A stretch of DNA of 64,000 nucleotides from Candidatus Spongiihabitans sp. (lineage in GTDB: Bacteria > Pseudomonadota > Gammaproteobacteria > Arenicellales > Poriferihabitantaceae): the NCBI RefSeq assembly GCF_965237845.1, contig NZ_OZ250154.1, forward strand, positions 2,589,141 through 2,653,140. Reading direction: 5' to 3'. The translations under genes were made by a program, and so were the position numbers. The notes beneath the pieces were generated by a model. The model did no database searches and was not told the origin of the DNA. It worked only from the letters and a program-made list of their open reading frames with translations. Position 1 is the first letter of the stretch; every line of letters starts with the position of its first letter. Shown here piece by piece: positions 1-11,201 of this stretch.

Positions 1-425
1 ATGGCGCCGCCGGCTTTTTCGATGGCGAGGCGCGCGCCTTTGGTCGCGCCGACGCCTCTAAGCGTGACGGCGCGGGTAATCCTGCCGGAAAGTATCGCCT
101 TCGCGCGATTAACGTGCAGGCCGATGACGCCGGCTTTTTGCAATGCTTTCAAGTCCACCACGTCGCCTTCGACTTTGGCCAATTCATTTAAGCGGATTTC
201 AGCAGTGTGGACATTAACCTTTGAACGAAAACCGCGCTTGGGCAATCGTCGTTGCATGGGCATTTGACCACCTTCAAATCCAACCTTGTGGTATCCGCCG
301 GATCGAGATTTCTGCCCCTTGGTGCCGCGTCCGGCGGTGCCGCCCGTGCCGGACCCGTTGCCACGCCCGACGCGCTTGGCATCGGTTTTGGAGCCTGGTG
401 CTGGTTTGAGGGTATTGAGTCGCAT
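1..425 (-). CDS. rplO: 50S ribosomal protein L15 (3' end runs off the window)
   Basis: Not in the ORF track. The reverse strand reads [22 protein letters not shown]...[13 protein letters not shown]...FEGGQMP, and it sits at the expected spc operon position. An alternative ATG lies at 431. Confidence 0.95.
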   Translation of the reverse strand, partial: MRLNTLKPAPGSKTDAKRVGRGNGSGTGGTAGRGTKGQKSRSGGYHKVGFEGGQMPMQRRLPKRGFRSKVNVHTAEIRLNELAKVEGDVVDLKALQKAGVIGLHVNRAKAILSGRITRAVTLRGVGATKGARLAIEKAGGA

Positions 426-441
426 GGTCATTTTTGGTTCA

Positions 442-639
442 CTAACAAAATATCTTTGGCCTTTCATCGAAGTACCCCAACACCAAACATACTTCACCTG
501 TCCACTTGTCCAACCGATAAACTACACTCCTACTAAGAGGACTCCCAGGTATAAGTTCGTAGCGCGTAGAGAGCACAATTACGGCCATTAGGACGAGAAA
601 CTCGACCAGAGCGCTTTTCTGAAAAAGAGGCTTATTCAT
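442..639 (-). CDS. Small hypothetical membrane-anchored protein inserted between rpmD and rplO
   Basis: The ORF fills the whole rpmD-rplO gap. Its ATG at 639 overlaps the end of rpmD. It has an N-terminal hydrophobic stretch ([14 protein letters not shown]) followed by [10 protein letters not shown]. Confidence 0.6.
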   Translation of the reverse strand: MNKPLFQKSALVEFLVLMAVIVLSTRYELIPGSPLSRSVVYRLDKWTGEVCLVLGYFDERPKIFC

Positions 640-829
640 CTTCAACCTGCTCGCATTTCAGCATGTAGGCGATCTTGTTAATCATGCCGCGGTTAGCCGG
701 CGTGTCTATCACTTCCACGGTTTGGTGCATGCGCCGAAGCCCGAGCCCGCGCACGCACGCCTGGTGCTTTTTAAGACGGCCATGAATGCTGCGCGTCAGG
801 GTTACTTTTAAAGTTTTCTTGTCGACCAT
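632..829 (-). CDS. rpmD: 50S ribosomal protein L30
   Basis: LKVTLTRS...GLGLRR...NRGMINK motif; follows rpsE. Confidence 0.96.
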   Translation of the reverse strand: MVDKKTLKVTLTRSIHGRLKKHQACVRGLGLRRMHQTVEVIDTPANRGMINKIAYMLKCEQVEDE

Positions 830-874
830 TGCCTTGCTCTTTATTTATTTACTCGTTATTGATTCAGACAAAAT

Positions 875-1384
875 CTATCTCAGGTTGTTTAAATCTTTTC
901 CGCGCTTGGCCGCGATATAACTGGCGCTGCGCATGCCTTTGAGTGCGGAAATAGTTGCCCGGGTCACATTAATCGGATTCGTGGTTCCAATGACCTTGGT
1001 CAGAACGTTTTGTATTCCCATGACTTCAAATACCGCTCGCATGGTACCGCCAGCAATAATTCCGGTGCCGTCGGCAGCGGGTCTTAACACCACTCGAGCC
1101 GAACCATGTCGTCCGATCATCGGGTACTGCAAGGTGTCACCTTTCATATTGACTTTAAACATATTTCGACGGGCATCATCCATCGCCTTTTGTACAGCGA
1201 CCGGGACTTCACGCGCCTTGCCCCGTCCCATTCCAACGCGACCCTCTCCGTCACCCACGACAGTCAATGCAGAAAAACCAAATATTCGGCCACCTTTAAC
1301 AACCTTTGAAACACGCCTGACGTTTATCAGCTGCTCCTGAAAGTTGTCTTTGCGGGCGTTGTCGCGTTCTCTTGCTTTAGCCAT
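875..1384 (-). CDS. rpsE: 30S ribosomal protein S5
   Basis: [23 protein letters not shown] motif. Confidence 0.98.
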   Translation of the reverse strand: MAKARERDNARKDNFQEQLINVRRVSKVVKGGRIFGFSALTVVGDGEGRVGMGRGKAREVPVAVQKAMDDARRNMFKVNMKGDTLQYPMIGRHGSARVVLRPAADGTGIIAGGTMRAVFEVMGIQNVLTKVIGTTNPINVTRATISALKGMRSASYIAAKRGKDLNNLR

Positions 1385-1427
1385 TTAAAATCTTCTGCTA
1401 TTAAAATTTTGTATGAAAACTTCTGTA

Positions 1428-1784
1428 TTAAAACTTGAGCCCGTGCTCACGAGCGGCATCTGCAAATGCCTGAAGCCGGCCGTGGTACAAATACCCGGAT
1501 CGATCAAATGCAACTCTCTCGATTCCCGCAGAGAGTGCATTTTTCGCCAACATTTCACCAACCGCTATCGCGGCATCGCGGTTTCCGCTATTTTTCAATT
1601 TCTTGCGTAACGCCGCATCCAATGTCGAAGCAGAAACTAATACCTTCTCTCCAGAGGGATCGAAAATTTGCGCATAAAAATGACGGGGTGTGCGATGAAC
1701 CGACAAGCGTATGGCGCCCAGTCGGGCAATCTTACCCCGGATTTTTCTTGCTCTCCTCAGTCTCGCGCTGTTTTTATTTACCAT
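1428..1784 (-). CDS. rplR: 50S ribosomal protein L18
   Basis: RLSVHRT...[11 protein letters not shown]...AREHGLKF. Confidence 0.98.
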   Translation of the reverse strand: MVNKNSARLRRARKIRGKIARLGAIRLSVHRTPRHFYAQIFDPSGEKVLVSASTLDAALRKKLKNSGNRDAAIAVGEMLAKNALSAGIERVAFDRSGYLYHGRLQAFADAAREHGLKF

Positions 1785-1816
1785 ATTCGTAATCTTTTCA
1801 ATGCGGTCTATTAGGG

Positions 1817-2362
1817 TTATTTCTTCTTCGCTTGTTTTCTGACAACATATTCATCGGCGTAACGGACACCCTTGCCTTTATAAGGTTCCGGGGGTCGATA
1901 ATTTCTTATTTCTGCCGCTGCCTGCCCAACTGCCTGTTTATCAGCCCCCCGCAATATAATTTCAGTCTGGGTTGGGGTTTGCGCGGTCACGCCATCTGGA
2001 AGTTGGTACACAACCGGGTGCGAAAATCCCAAACTCAAATTTAGCTTGTTACCCTGAGCCTGTACACGGTAACCAATCCCGGTTATTGTGAGTTTTCTCT
2101 CAAATCCGGTAGCAACACCCTTAACCAGGTTGTTGATTATTGCCCGGGTTGTCCCCGACATCGCTAATAGTTGTTCACTAATTTTTTCTTTGTTTCCGGA
2201 AACTTGCACTTTTAGCGCACCGTCGTTCTGGACCAGCTCTATTCCCGGAGACAACGCAAAGCTCAATTCGCCTTTTGGGCCTTTCGCAATCACTGTACCG
2301 TTGTCAATTTTCACTTCAACGCCGGTTGGCACAATTATCGGTGTTTTTGCAATTCGTGACAT
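1817..2362 (-). CDS. rplF: 50S ribosomal protein L6
   Basis: MSRIAK...[13 protein letters not shown]. Confidence 0.98.
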   Translation of the reverse strand: MSRIAKTPIIVPTGVEVKIDNGTVIAKGPKGELSFALSPGIELVQNDGALKVQVSGNKEKISEQLLAMSGTTRAIINNLVKGVATGFERKLTITGIGYRVQAQGNKLNLSLGFSHPVVYQLPDGVTAQTPTQTEIILRGADKQAVGQAAAEIRNYRPPEPYKGKGVRYADEYVVRKQAKKK

Positions 2363-2398
2363 TTTGGTTGCCGTGTTCTCTATTTAGTCTATCGGTAT

Positions 2399-2426
2399 AA
2401 ATCGTTGTCTTGAAATCGTTGTCTTG
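2399..2426. repeat. 14-bp perfect tandem duplication (aaatcgttgtcttg x2) in the rpsH-rplF spacer
   Basis: Read directly at 2399-2412 and 2413-2426. Confidence 0.85.
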
Positions 2427-2441
2427 GATTGGCGATGCCAA

Positions 2442-2837
2442 TCAAAATACGGCGCAAATTATTTCTCCGCCCATACCCTGCTGGCGGGCGGATTTGTCAG
2501 TCAGCACTCCTTTGGAAGTGGATACCAGAGCCACCCCCAATCCGCTTTTTATTGTAGGCAGATTATCCTTGCTCGCGTACACGCGACAGCTGGGCATGCT
2601 GATTCGCTTAATTTCTTCAATGACCGGATCGCCTTGAAAATACTTTAACTGAATTTCAAGACTCTTTTTTACGCCTTCACCATCAACGGAATAACCGGTT
2701 ATATAACCCTCTTCCTTCAACACTTCAGCAATGGCCACTTTGCTTTTAGATGACGGCATTGCCACGGCTACTTTATGCGCCTGCAAACCGTTTCGTATTC
2801 GCGTCAACATATCAGCGATGGGATCGGCCATACTCAT
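2442..2837 (-). CDS. rpsH: 30S ribosomal protein S8
   Basis: [12 protein letters not shown]...[12 protein letters not shown]. Confidence 0.98.
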   Translation of the reverse strand: MSMADPIADMLTRIRNGLQAHKVAVAMPSSKSKVAIAEVLKEEGYITGYSVDGEGVKKSLEIQLKYFQGDPVIEEIKRISMPSCRVYASKDNLPTIKSGLGVALVSTSKGVLTDKSARQQGMGGEIICAVF

Positions 2838-2923
2838 TGTAGTGCTCTCATTTTAACGCTCTCGTTTTAGTGTTCATGCTTATATTTCCAACAAAAATTA
2901 TGCTCAAAATTATCCGCGCCAAA

Positions 2924-3229
2924 TTACCAACTAGACTTGACCACGCCGGGCGCTTCGCCACGCATAATGACTTCTCTCAACTTATTTCTGCACAGCCCGA
3001 ATTTTCTGTAATTTCCTCTTGGACGACCGGTAAGCGCGCAGCGGTTTCGTTTTCGTATCGGACTGGAATCCCGAGGCAGTTTCTGCAGATCCAGCATAGC
3101 CTGAAATTGATCTGCTGAACTGGTTTCAGAATTTGAGATTTTGTTTGCCAACTCTTTTCTTTTTTCAGCATGCGCACTGATTAATTTCTGGCGCTTGGCC
3201 TCGCGGGCTATCATTGATTTCTTAGCCAT
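2924..3229 (-). CDS. rpsN: 30S ribosomal protein S14 (101-aa type)
   Basis: [10 protein letters not shown]...[12 protein letters not shown]...PGVVKSSW. Confidence 0.98.
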   Translation of the reverse strand: MAKKSMIAREAKRQKLISAHAEKRKELANKISNSETSSADQFQAMLDLQKLPRDSSPIRKRNRCALTGRPRGNYRKFGLCRNKLREVIMRGEAPGVVKSSW

Positions 3230-3231
3230 AG

Positions 3232-3771
3232 CTAACGCTTCATTGGAAAATTAAATGCGCGCAACAACGCGCTTGCCTGTTCGTCATTTTTTGCAGAAGT
3301 CGTGATACAAATATCCATGCCCCTCAAAGTATCCACATTGTCATAATCGATTTCTGGAAATACGATTTGCTCCTTAAGACCAAACGAGTAGTTTCCACGC
3401 CCATCGAACGATTTGTTCGACAATCCCCTGAAATCCCGAATTCTCGGGATCGCCACCGAAATCAATCGGTCAAGAAACTCGTACATTTGTCTGCGTCGCA
3501 GAGTCACTTTTGCACCAATTGGCCAACCTTCCCGAATTTTGAAAACCGCTTCGGATTTTTTCGCTTTGGTGACCACCGGTTTTTGACCGGTAATTTTTTC
3601 AAGATCGCTAGTTGCGCTTTGCAACACATTTTTATTGGCTACCGCCTCACCCAAACCCATATTCAGCGTGATTTTCGTAATCCGCGGAATTTCCATTGCG
3701 CTTTTGAACGAAAACGCTTGCTGGAGCTTCGGCGCAACTTCAGTTTTATACTTTTCTTGTAATCTGGCCAT
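3232..3771 (-). CDS. rplE: 50S ribosomal protein L5
   Basis: [11 protein letters not shown]...PRIRDFRG...FDGRGNY. Confidence 0.98.
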   Translation of the reverse strand: MARLQEKYKTEVAPKLQQAFSFKSAMEIPRITKITLNMGLGEAVANKNVLQSATSDLEKITGQKPVVTKAKKSEAVFKIREGWPIGAKVTLRRRQMYEFLDRLISVAIPRIRDFRGLSNKSFDGRGNYSFGLKEQIVFPEIDYDNVDTLRGMDICITTSAKNDEQASALLRAFNFPMKR

Positions 3772-3822
3772 TTGCTTCTAAAAAATTCTAACCATGGGTT
3801 GTGGACTCAGCTTATAGTGAAA

Positions 3823-4146
3823 TTAAGCGAGATCAATAACTTCGTCATTTGATTTGAAATATCGAACCTTCCGACCGTCTTCCAATGCTTTGAAACCAAT
3901 CCGCTCGCCTTTTTTGGTGACCGGATTATATAAAGCAATATTGGAAAGTTGGATGGGGGCTTCTTTTTCAATAATCCCTCCGGTTTGACCTGTATTCGGA
4001 TTTCCCTTGGTGTGACGTTTAACCAAATTAACATTGTCCACCAATGCGCGACCATCATTGGTGATTTTTAATACACTGCCGCGTTTGCCTTTATCGCGCC
4101 CGGCGATCACGATTACATCGTCATTTTTTTTAATTCTTTGCATCAC
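3823..4146 (-). CDS. rplX: 50S ribosomal protein L24
   Basis: KOW motif DDVIVIAGRDKGKRG. Confidence 0.98.
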   Translation of the reverse strand: MMQRIKKNDDVIVIAGRDKGKRGSVLKITNDGRALVDNVNLVKRHTKGNPNTGQTGGIIEKEAPIQLSNIALYNPVTKKGERIGFKALEDGRKVRYFKSNDEVIDLA

Positions 4147-4220
4147 TCTAATCTCAAATTCCGGCTAATCTCAAATGCTGGTCTTGGGTTTTTGTCTCAG
4201 GTCTTTGTTTCGGTTTCTGA

Positions 4221-4589
4221 TTACAAAACTTCCGGGGCCAAAGAAATAATTCGCATGAATTTTTCTGAGCGCAACTCCCGGGTTACCGGGCCAAAAATTC
4301 GTGTGCCAATGGGTTGGTGCGCCGCATTCAATAAAACTGCTGAGTTTTTATCAAATCGTATCAACGAACCATCGGGGCGTCGCACACCGGATCTGGTTCT
4401 AACAACCACCGCATCATAAACATCGCCTTTTTTAACCCTGCTATTTGGCAATGCTTCCTTGATTGTGATTTTTATAATGTCACCAATACCTGCATATCTG
4501 CGTTTAGAGCCGCCAAGTACCTTTATGCACATCACTCTTTTAGCGCCGCTGTTATCGGCAACTGACATCATTGTCTGCATTTGAATCAT
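4221..4589 (-). CDS. rplN: 50S ribosomal protein L14
   Basis: VADNSGAK...[13 protein letters not shown]...SLAPEVL. Confidence 0.99.
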   Translation of the reverse strand: MIQMQTMMSVADNSGAKRVMCIKVLGGSKRRYAGIGDIIKITIKEALPNSRVKKGDVYDAVVVRTRSGVRRPDGSLIRFDKNSAVLLNAAHQPIGTRIFGPVTRELRSEKFMRIISLAPEVL

Positions 4590-4607
4590 GAGTATTCTCC
4601 CGCGGCC

Positions 4608-4880
4608 CTAAACTGCTCGGGTAACCACTTCAACCAAACGCCAGCATTTGGTTTTTGAAATGGGCCGACACGCTTCAATACGAACTGTATCCCCGGCCTT
4701 GCACTGATTTTGTTCATCGTGAGCATGCAGCTTTGTGGAGCGACGTATATATTTTTTATACAACGGATGCTTAACCCGGCGTTCAACCAATACGGTAATG
4801 CTTTTATTGCCAGCCGCGCCAATCACCCTGCCTTGAATCGCTCGTTTGGTTGTCTGCTCTGTTGTGGATTCTATGGTCAT
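4608..4880 (-). CDS. rpsQ: 30S ribosomal protein S17
   Basis: KHPLYKK...HAHDE...RPISKTK. Confidence 0.98.
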   Translation of the reverse strand: MTIESTTEQTTKRAIQGRVIGAAGNKSITVLVERRVKHPLYKKYIRRSTKLHAHDEQNQCKAGDTVRIEACRPISKTKCWRLVEVVTRAV

Positions 4881-4887
4881 TTATTAA

Positions 4888-5097
4888 TTACTCAGGCACT
4901 TGCGCTTTGCTGCCCGCCTTCTCTTGCAAGACGGTTTTTATTCTGGCGATATCTTTTTGGACAACCTTGAAACGCGACGGATTAGCAAGCTGGCCTGCGC
5001 CTCGCTGCATACGAAGATTGAATTGCTCTTTTCTAAGACCTAACAGTTCTTGTTGCAGGTCTTGCGCTTTTTGGGTTCTAAGTTCAGCTGCTTTCAT
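4888..5097 (-). CDS. rpmC: 50S ribosomal protein L29
   Basis: MKAAELR...EQFNLRMQ...DIARIKT. Confidence 0.97.
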   Translation of the reverse strand: MKAAELRTQKAQDLQQELLGLRKEQFNLRMQRGAGQLANPSRFKVVQKDIARIKTVLQEKAGSKAQVPE

Positions 5098-5510
5098 TAG
5101 CCCACCTGACGTCTTGCAAAGTTGGTTTGTACTGGCAATTTAGCGCTGGCAAGCCGAAACGCTTCTCGTGCCAAACTTTCAGAAACACCCTCAATTTCAT
5201 ATAGCATGGTGCCGGGCTGAATCAATGCCACCCAAAATTCAGGGTTTCCTTTGCCTTTGCCCATTCGCACTTCCAATGGCTTCTTCGAAATAGGCTTGTC
5301 GGGAAATACCCGAATCCACATTCGCCCGCCCCGTTTCACATGGCGGGTAATAGCACGACGGGCCGCCTCAATCTGCCTGGCAGTCAACCGGCCTCGGCTC
5401 GAGGCTTGCAGGCCAAACTCACCAAAACTAACGCGATTTCCACGGCTGGCCAGACCGCGGTTGCGGCCCTTGTGCATTTTGCGAAATTTTGTTCTTTTGG
5501 GTTGGAGCAT
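5097..5510 (-). CDS. rplP: 50S ribosomal protein L16
   Basis: [11 protein letters not shown]...RMGKGKG. Confidence 0.99.
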   Translation of the reverse strand: MLQPKRTKFRKMHKGRNRGLASRGNRVSFGEFGLQASSRGRLTARQIEAARRAITRHVKRGGRMWIRVFPDKPISKKPLEVRMGKGKGNPEFWVALIQPGTMLYEIEGVSESLAREAFRLASAKLPVQTNFARRQVG

Positions 5511-5515
5511 AATTA

Positions 5516-6238
5516 TTAACCCGCTTCCGGCTTCTGTTCAGTGGCCGATTGCTCAGTGCTCGGTTGTGCAAGGGCCGGCTGTTCAACGACCTGAACTTCC
5601 GGTTTTTCCGGTTCTAAAATTTCACCCTTGAAAATCCAGACTTTGACGCCGATGATGCCGTAGGTGGTATGGGCTTCATGAACACCATAATCAATATCCG
5701 CACGTAACGTATGCAACGGTACACGACCTTCCCGATACCACTCCGTTCGAGCGATTTCCGCACCATTCAGACGCCCGGCAAGCATGACCTTAACCCCTTT
5801 GGCACCCAAACGCATTGAGTTTTGAACGGCGCGTTTCATTGCTCGTCGAAACATGATTCGCTTTTCAAGCTGCTGGCAAATATTTTCTGCCACCAATTTC
5901 GCGTCAAGCTCGGGCTTGCGTATTTCTTCCACTGCCACCTGAACCGGGTTGCCATTGATTTTGGTCAACTCAAATCGAAGGCGCTCAATATCCTCGCCCT
6001 TCTTGCCGATGACGATACCGGGCCTGGCGGTGTAAATCGTTACGTTCAAGTTTTGCGCTGGTCGATCGATTGCAATCTTGCTCACCGCAGCATTACCCAA
6101 TCGTTTCGTTAAAAACTCACGAATTTTCAGATCGCTCGCCAGCGTATCCGCGTAGCGACTGCTAGGCGCATACCATTTGGCATTCCAATCCTTGACAATG
6201 CCAAGTCGAATGCCGTTTGGCTGTACTTTTTGACCCAT
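5516..6238 (-). CDS. rpsC: 30S ribosomal protein S3
   Basis: MGQKV.P.G.RLG...[14 protein letters not shown]. Confidence 0.99.
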   Translation of the reverse strand: MGQKVQPNGIRLGIVKDWNAKWYAPSSRYADTLASDLKIREFLTKRLGNAAVSKIAIDRPAQNLNVTIYTARPGIVIGKKGEDIERLRFELTKINGNPVQVAVEEIRKPELDAKLVAENICQQLEKRIMFRRAMKRAVQNSMRLGAKGVKVMLAGRLNGAEIARTEWYREGRVPLHTLRADIDYGVHEAHTTYGIIGVKVWIFKGEILEPEKPEVQVVEQPALAQPSTEQSATEQKPEAG

Positions 6239-6280
6239 TACTCAGATCTCCGCCGGTTCTCTATCTATTAAATTTATAAG

Positions 6281-6631
6281 TTACTTTTTTGATGCTCTTG
6301 GACCGTCACTCACACTAATCGTGATGTGACAATTTCGCTTCAAAATTCGAGTGCCACGGCCCTTCGCCCGCGCCCGAAATCGTTTAATCGTCGGTGCTTG
6401 GTCAACCATCACCTGATTGACCCATAAATCATCAATATCCGCGCCTTCATTGTGCTCCGCATTAGCAATCGCGGAATCCAGCGCTTTCTTCATCGGCGTT
6501 GCTCCTTTTTTTGGACTAAAGTTCAGAATTTCCAGCGCTTTTTCAACCGGCAGGGAGCGAATTTGGTCGGCCACCAACCGACCTTTTTGCGCCGATAATC
6601 TAACATATTTTATGACTGCGCTGACTTGCAT
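6281..6631 (-). CDS. rplV: 50S ribosomal protein L22
   Basis: [13 protein letters not shown]...SAIANAEHN...RAKGR. Confidence 0.98.
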   Translation of the reverse strand: MQVSAVIKYVRLSAQKGRLVADQIRSLPVEKALEILNFSPKKGATPMKKALDSAIANAEHNEGADIDDLWVNQVMVDQAPTIKRFRARAKGRGTRILKRNCHITISVSDGPRASKK

Positions 6632-6680
6632 CTTATTTTATCTTTTATGGGCTCTTGTGGCTATTGGCGCTTAAGCTCAT

Positions 6681-6953
6681 CTACTTGGCTTTTTTGCTGG
6701 CCACGTGTCCGCGATAGGTTCGGGTTGGCGAAAACTCGCCAAGCTTGTGTCCCACCATATTTTCGTTGATCAGAACGGGTACATGTTGTCGACCATTATG
6801 TACAGCGATTGTCATCCCAATAAATTCGGGCATGATCATCGAACGTCGTGACCATGTTTTAATGGGTTTGCGAGAATTTTCTGATTTAGCTTTTTCAACT
6901 TTGCTCCACAAATGGTGGTCAACAAAAGGCCCTTTTTTAATTGATCTTGGCAT
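6681..6953 (-). CDS. rpsS: 30S ribosomal protein S19
   Basis: [10 protein letters not shown]...MVGHKLGEF. Confidence 0.99.
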   Translation of the reverse strand: MPRSIKKGPFVDHHLWSKVEKAKSENSRKPIKTWSRRSMIMPEFIGMTIAVHNGRQHVPVLINENMVGHKLGEFSPTRTYRGHVASKKAK

Positions 6954-6955
6954 GG

Positions 6956-7780
6956 TTATTTTTTCCTTCTGCGAATAATCATGGATGATGTTCGTTTATT
7001 AGAACGGGTTCGGTATCCTTTGGTCGGAACACCCCAGGGCGATATCGGATGACGGCCGCCTGAAGTACGCCCTTCACCACCACCATGAGGGTGATCCACT
7101 GGGTTCATTGCGACACCCCGTACTGTGGGGCGAATGCCTCTCCAGCGGTTGGCGCCGGCCTTGCCAATCTTACGCAAGCTATTTTCGGCGTTACCCACTT
7201 GACCAATGGTCGCGCGACAATCCAGATGCACTTTTCTTACTTCTCCAGAACGCAACCGAAGCTGGGCATATGACCCTTCATTGCCGAGAAATTGCACTCC
7301 AGCCCCGGCGGTGCGTGCGATTTGCGCGCCTTTGCCGGGTTTAAGTTCCACGCAATGCACCACGGTTCCGACCGGGATGTTACGCAACGGCATACAGTTG
7401 CCGACGTTATAACCACCACCGACACCAGAAACCACCGTATCACCCGCCGCTAAACCACGCGCAGCAATAATGTAACGGTGCTCGCCATCTTTATAAACCA
7501 GCAATGCAATGTGAGCGCTTCGATTAGGATCGTATTCGATACGCTTAATCGTCGCCGGGACGCCGTCTTTATTGCGCTTGAAATCAACAACTCGATAATG
7601 GCGTTTGTGCCCGCCGCCACGATGCCGCACAGTGATACGACCCTCATTATTTCTGCCGCTGATTGCGGTTTTAGGTTTCAGCAACGGCTTATGGGGTTTA
7701 CCTTTATGCAAATCCGGAGTCACTACCTTGACCATCCCTCTGCGGCCTGGCGTAGTCGGTTTTTGTTTTACTAGTGCCAT
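6956..7780 (-). CDS. rplB: 50S ribosomal protein L2
   Basis: EYDPNRSA...[17 protein letters not shown]; start placed at MALVK. Confidence 0.98.
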   Translation of the reverse strand: MALVKQKPTTPGRRGMVKVVTPDLHKGKPHKPLLKPKTAISGRNNEGRITVRHRGGGHKRHYRVVDFKRNKDGVPATIKRIEYDPNRSAHIALLVYKDGEHRYIIAARGLAAGDTVVSGVGGGYNVGNCMPLRNIPVGTVVHCVELKPGKGAQIARTAGAGVQFLGNEGSYAQLRLRSGEVRKVHLDCRATIGQVGNAENSLRKIGKAGANRWRGIRPTVRGVAMNPVDHPHGGGEGRTSGGRHPISPWGVPTKGYRTRSNKRTSSMIIRRRKK

Positions 7781-7815
7781 TTTAATTAACTGCCTACTTG
7801 CCAAACTAATCTTGA

Positions 7816-8175
7816 TTACGCTCCCGCCACGCCAAGAAAATCAATGTCCTGACCTTCCTGTAAACAAACATAAGCCTTTTTCCAACTGCTGCGCGCCCCC
7901 GGAGTTTTGCCAAATCTCTTGACCTTGCCACATACATTAACCACTTGAACATTTTTCACCTTCACCTCAAATAATTTTTCCACGGCCTGGCGAATTTCAT
8001 CTTTACTCGCATCGATTTTGACCTGAAAAACCACCTGATTGTGTTTATCCGCAAGCACAGTCGATTTTTCTGAAATCACCGGCTTAAGGATGATTTGGTA
8101 TAACCGTTCTTCATCAAGCACAACGGACCTCGCTTCGTTGCCTTTATACCTGCTTTTTCGTTTTGGCAAACTCAT
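7816..8175 (-). CDS. rplW: 50S ribosomal protein L23 (start uncertain, possible N-terminal extension)
   Basis: PVISEKS...[10 protein letters not shown]...WKKAYV. Confidence 0.95.
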   Translation of the reverse strand: MSLPKRKSRYKGNEARSVVLDEERLYQIILKPVISEKSTVLADKHNQVVFQVKIDASKDEIRQAVEKLFEVKVKNVQVVNVCGKVKRFGKTPGARSSWKKAYVCLQEGQDIDFLGVAGA

Positions 8176-8795
8176 TGGAAAGCCTCATCTATGTTTTTAG
8201 CGGCGTCCACGGTCATCACCACTTTTTCATAACGAATTAAGCTTACCGGATCGATTTCGCGGCTGTTACAAACCGCAACCGATTTCAAATTACGCGCTGA
8301 AAGTTCAACATTATCGTTATCTTCAGCCAATACTATTAATGCTTGTACAGCCTCTAGTTTGCTCAAAGTCTCGAGCAATGATTTGGTCTTGGGCGCATCC
8401 ATAGATAACTCATCCACCACAACCAATCTATCCTGACGCGCTAACTCGGAAAGTATCGAGCGCATGGCTGCGCGATACATTTTCTTGTTCACCTTTTGTG
8501 AGAAGTCCTGAGTGGAAGCGGGAAAAGTACGACCACCGCCGACGAATATCGGGCTACGAATAGTGCCTACCCGGGCACGTCCAGAGCCTTTTTGCTTCCA
8601 GGGTTTGACGCCGCCGCCACGTACCGCTGCGCGATTTTTCTGGGCCCGGGTACCACTCCGACCTCCGGCTTGATACGCGGTCACGACCTGATGCACCAAC
8701 GCTTGGTTAAATTTAACGCCAAAGCTAATGTCGGACAAACCGACCTTGCCGTCTTTGCCATCGGTGAGTTTGTTTACTTTTAATTGAATCGTCAT
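8172..8795 (-). CDS. rplD: 50S ribosomal protein L4
   Basis: [17 protein letters not shown]. Confidence 0.98.
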   Translation of the reverse strand: MTIQLKVNKLTDGKDGKVGLSDISFGVKFNQALVHQVVTAYQAGGRSGTRAQKNRAAVRGGGVKPWKQKGSGRARVGTIRSPIFVGGGRTFPASTQDFSQKVNKKMYRAAMRSILSELARQDRLVVVDELSMDAPKTKSLLETLSKLEAVQALIVLAEDNDNVELSARNLKSVAVCNSREIDPVSLIRYEKVVMTVDAAKNIDEAFQ

Positions 8796-9526
8796 TTCTT
8801 TTCCTCGTCAGACTGCTTACCCGTCTGCTCATCAGCATTGATCTGAGTACTGTGTTCAACAATCGCCGCATTATCAGGCATGGGCAGAACTGCATCAGAT
8901 TTAACCGCTGGCCGAATAATCACATCGGCGCCTTTGGAGCCCGGGATACAGCCGCTGATCAAAATAATGTTTCGTTCGCTATCCACCCTTACCACGACCA
9001 GATTCTGCTGGACTGCTCGTTCGGCACCCATATGCCCGGCCATTTTCTTGCCTTTGAATACTCGACCTGGATCCTGGGCATTACCAATGGAACCACTTAA
9101 TCTGTGGGCTTTAGAGTTGCCATGGGATGCACGACCACCACGAAAACCATGACGCTTCATAACACCTGCAAAGCCCTTGCCGATGGATTGACCAGTGACA
9201 TCAACTTTTTGACCTTCTTCAAACAAACCAACGGTTAGTTCGTTGCCGGCCTGAGCATCAGCTGGCGCTTCAAGTCGAAACTCCCAAACACCACGCCCAG
9301 GCTCTACCCCGGCTTTAGCAAAATGGCCTTTCATTGCTTTGGTTACCCGGTTAGCCGGTCGCTCGCCTGTGGTCAATTGCAAACCGTTATAACCGTCCAC
9401 TGCCTGGGTTTTGATCTGAGTGATCTTATTCGGCAAAACTTCAATCACCGTTACCGGCTGAGATTTACCTTGTTCGGTAAAAATCCGGGTCATGCCGATT
9501 TTTTTTCCAACCAATCCCAATGACAT
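8792..9526 (-). CDS. rplC: 50S ribosomal protein L3 with acidic C-terminal extension
   Basis: GKKIGMT...[11 protein letters not shown]...[10 protein letters not shown]. Confidence 0.98.
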   Translation of the reverse strand: MSLGLVGKKIGMTRIFTEQGKSQPVTVIEVLPNKITQIKTQAVDGYNGLQLTTGERPANRVTKAMKGHFAKAGVEPGRGVWEFRLEAPADAQAGNELTVGLFEEGQKVDVTGQSIGKGFAGVMKRHGFRGGRASHGNSKAHRLSGSIGNAQDPGRVFKGKKMAGHMGAERAVQQNLVVVRVDSERNIILISGCIPGSKGADVIIRPAVKSDAVLPMPDNAAIVEHSTQINADEQTGKQSDEEKK

Positions 9527-9553
9527 TTTCTTAACCTGCTACGCTTCTTGCTA

Positions 9554-9868
9554 TTAGTTCAGTTTGATTTCAACATCAACACCAGATGCTAAATCCAGCT
9601 TCATTAATGCATCGACCGTTTTGTCAGTAGGTTGAACGATATCAAGAATTCTTTTATGCGTTCTAATCTCAAATTGGTCGCGCGCCTTTTTGTTGGCGTG
9701 AGGTGACCGCAAAAGCGTGTACTTTTCGATTTTAGTCGGCAATGGAATAGGGCCCATAACCAATGCGCCGGTTCGCCGAGCGGTATCCACGATCTCCAAT
9801 GCCGAGCGATCAATTGATTTGTGGTCGAACGCTTTCAGGCTTATGCGAATTTTTTGATTTTCAACCAT
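9554..9868 (-). CDS. rpsJ: 30S ribosomal protein S10
   Basis: [10 protein letters not shown]...GPIPLPT...QFEIRTHKR. Confidence 0.99.
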   Translation of the reverse strand: MVENQKIRISLKAFDHKSIDRSALEIVDTARRTGALVMGPIPLPTKIEKYTLLRSPHANKKARDQFEIRTHKRILDIVQPTDKTVDALMKLDLASGVDVEIKLN

Positions 9869-9915
9869 TGCTCAAGTTTTCCCGGTTTAATTAATTTACA
9901 AATTTGCTATTTGCA

Positions 9916-11109
9916 CTATGCAATAATTTTAGTCACCACGCCGGCGCCCACAGTGCGACCGCCCTCGCGGATGGCGAAGCGCAAGCCGTCTTCCATGGCA
10001 ATCGGCGCTATCAACTCCACCGCCAACCGCACATTGTCCCCAGGCATCACCATCTCCACATCCTTCGGCAACTCGCACGCCCCCGTGACATCCGTCGTCC
10101 TGAAATAAAACTGCGGACGATAGCCTTTGAAAAATGGCGTATGCCGTCCACCCTCCTCCTTCGACAATATATACACCTCTGCCTCAAACCGGGTGTGCGG
10201 CGTGATTGACTTCGGCTTCGCCAACACCTGACCACGCTCCACTTCCTCTCGCTTGGTACCGCGCAACAAAACACCCACATTGTCCCCTGCCCGACCCTCG
10301 TCCAATAACTTCCGGAACATCTCAACGCCTGTGCATACCGTCGTCATCGTCTCTTTCAAACCAATAATCTCAATCGCTTCATTCACCTTGACCACTCCGC
10401 GCTCAATACGACCGGTCACCACCGTGCCCCGACCGGAAATCGAAAACACATCCTCCACCGGCATCAAAAAGTCGCCGTCAACCTTGCGCTCAGGCTCCGG
10501 AATATAACTGTCCAAGGCCGCCGCCAACTTGAATATCGAACCCTCGCCCATCTCCGAAGAATCACCTTCCAACGCCTTCAACGCGCTGCCGACAACGATC
10601 GGCGTGTCGTCCCCAGGAAATTCGTAACTGTCCAGCAACTCGCGCACCTCCATCTCAACCAACTCCATCAACTCCTCATCGTCTACCAAATCAGCCTTGT
10701 TCAAAAACACCACGATATACGGAACCCCAACCTGTCGCGCTAATAATATGTGCTCGCGGGTCTGCGGCATCGGTCCGTCCGCCGCCGAAACCACCACTAT
10801 CGCGCCATCCATCTGCGCCGCGCCGGTGATCATGTTCTTGACATAATCCGCATGACCAGGACAATCCACGTGCGCATAGTGCCGCGCCTCAGTCTCATAT
10901 TCCACGTGCGCGGTCGCAATCGTGATGCCGCGCTCACGCTCCTCCGGCGCATTGTCTATCTCATCAAACGCCTTCGCCGACGTGCCGCCGTACTTCGCCG
11001 ACAATACCCTGGTCATCGCCGCCGTCAGCGTCGTCTTGCCGTGATCCACGTGCCCTATCGTGCCAACATTCACATGCGGCTTGGTTCTCTCAAATCTCTC
11101 TTTCGACAT
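9916..11109 (-). CDS. tuf: Elongation factor Tu (str operon copy)
   Basis: [12 protein letters not shown] and NKAD motifs; follows fusA. Confidence 0.99.
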   Translation of the reverse strand: MSKERFERTKPHVNVGTIGHVDHGKTTLTAAMTRVLSAKYGGTSAKAFDEIDNAPEERERGITIATAHVEYETEARHYAHVDCPGHADYVKNMITGAAQMDGAIVVVSAADGPMPQTREHILLARQVGVPYIVVFLNKADLVDDEELMELVEMEVRELLDSYEFPGDDTPIVVGSALKALEGDSSEMGEGSIFKLAAALDSYIPEPERKVDGDFLMPVEDVFSISGRGTVVTGRIERGVVKVNEAIEIIGLKETMTTVCTGVEMFRKLLDEGRAGDNVGVLLRGTKREEVERGQVLAKPKSITPHTRFEAEVYILSKEEGGRHTPFFKGYRPQFYFRTTDVTGACELPKDVEMVMPGDNVRLAVELIAPIAMEDGLRFAIREGGRTVGAGVVTKIIA

Positions 11110-11201
11110 GGTTTATCTCTTAACAATCTGATTTTTGCGTTGATTTTTTCTTGAAATTTATTTAAACTTATTTATTGGGCTAATGAATCAAACATGCCCG
11201 A

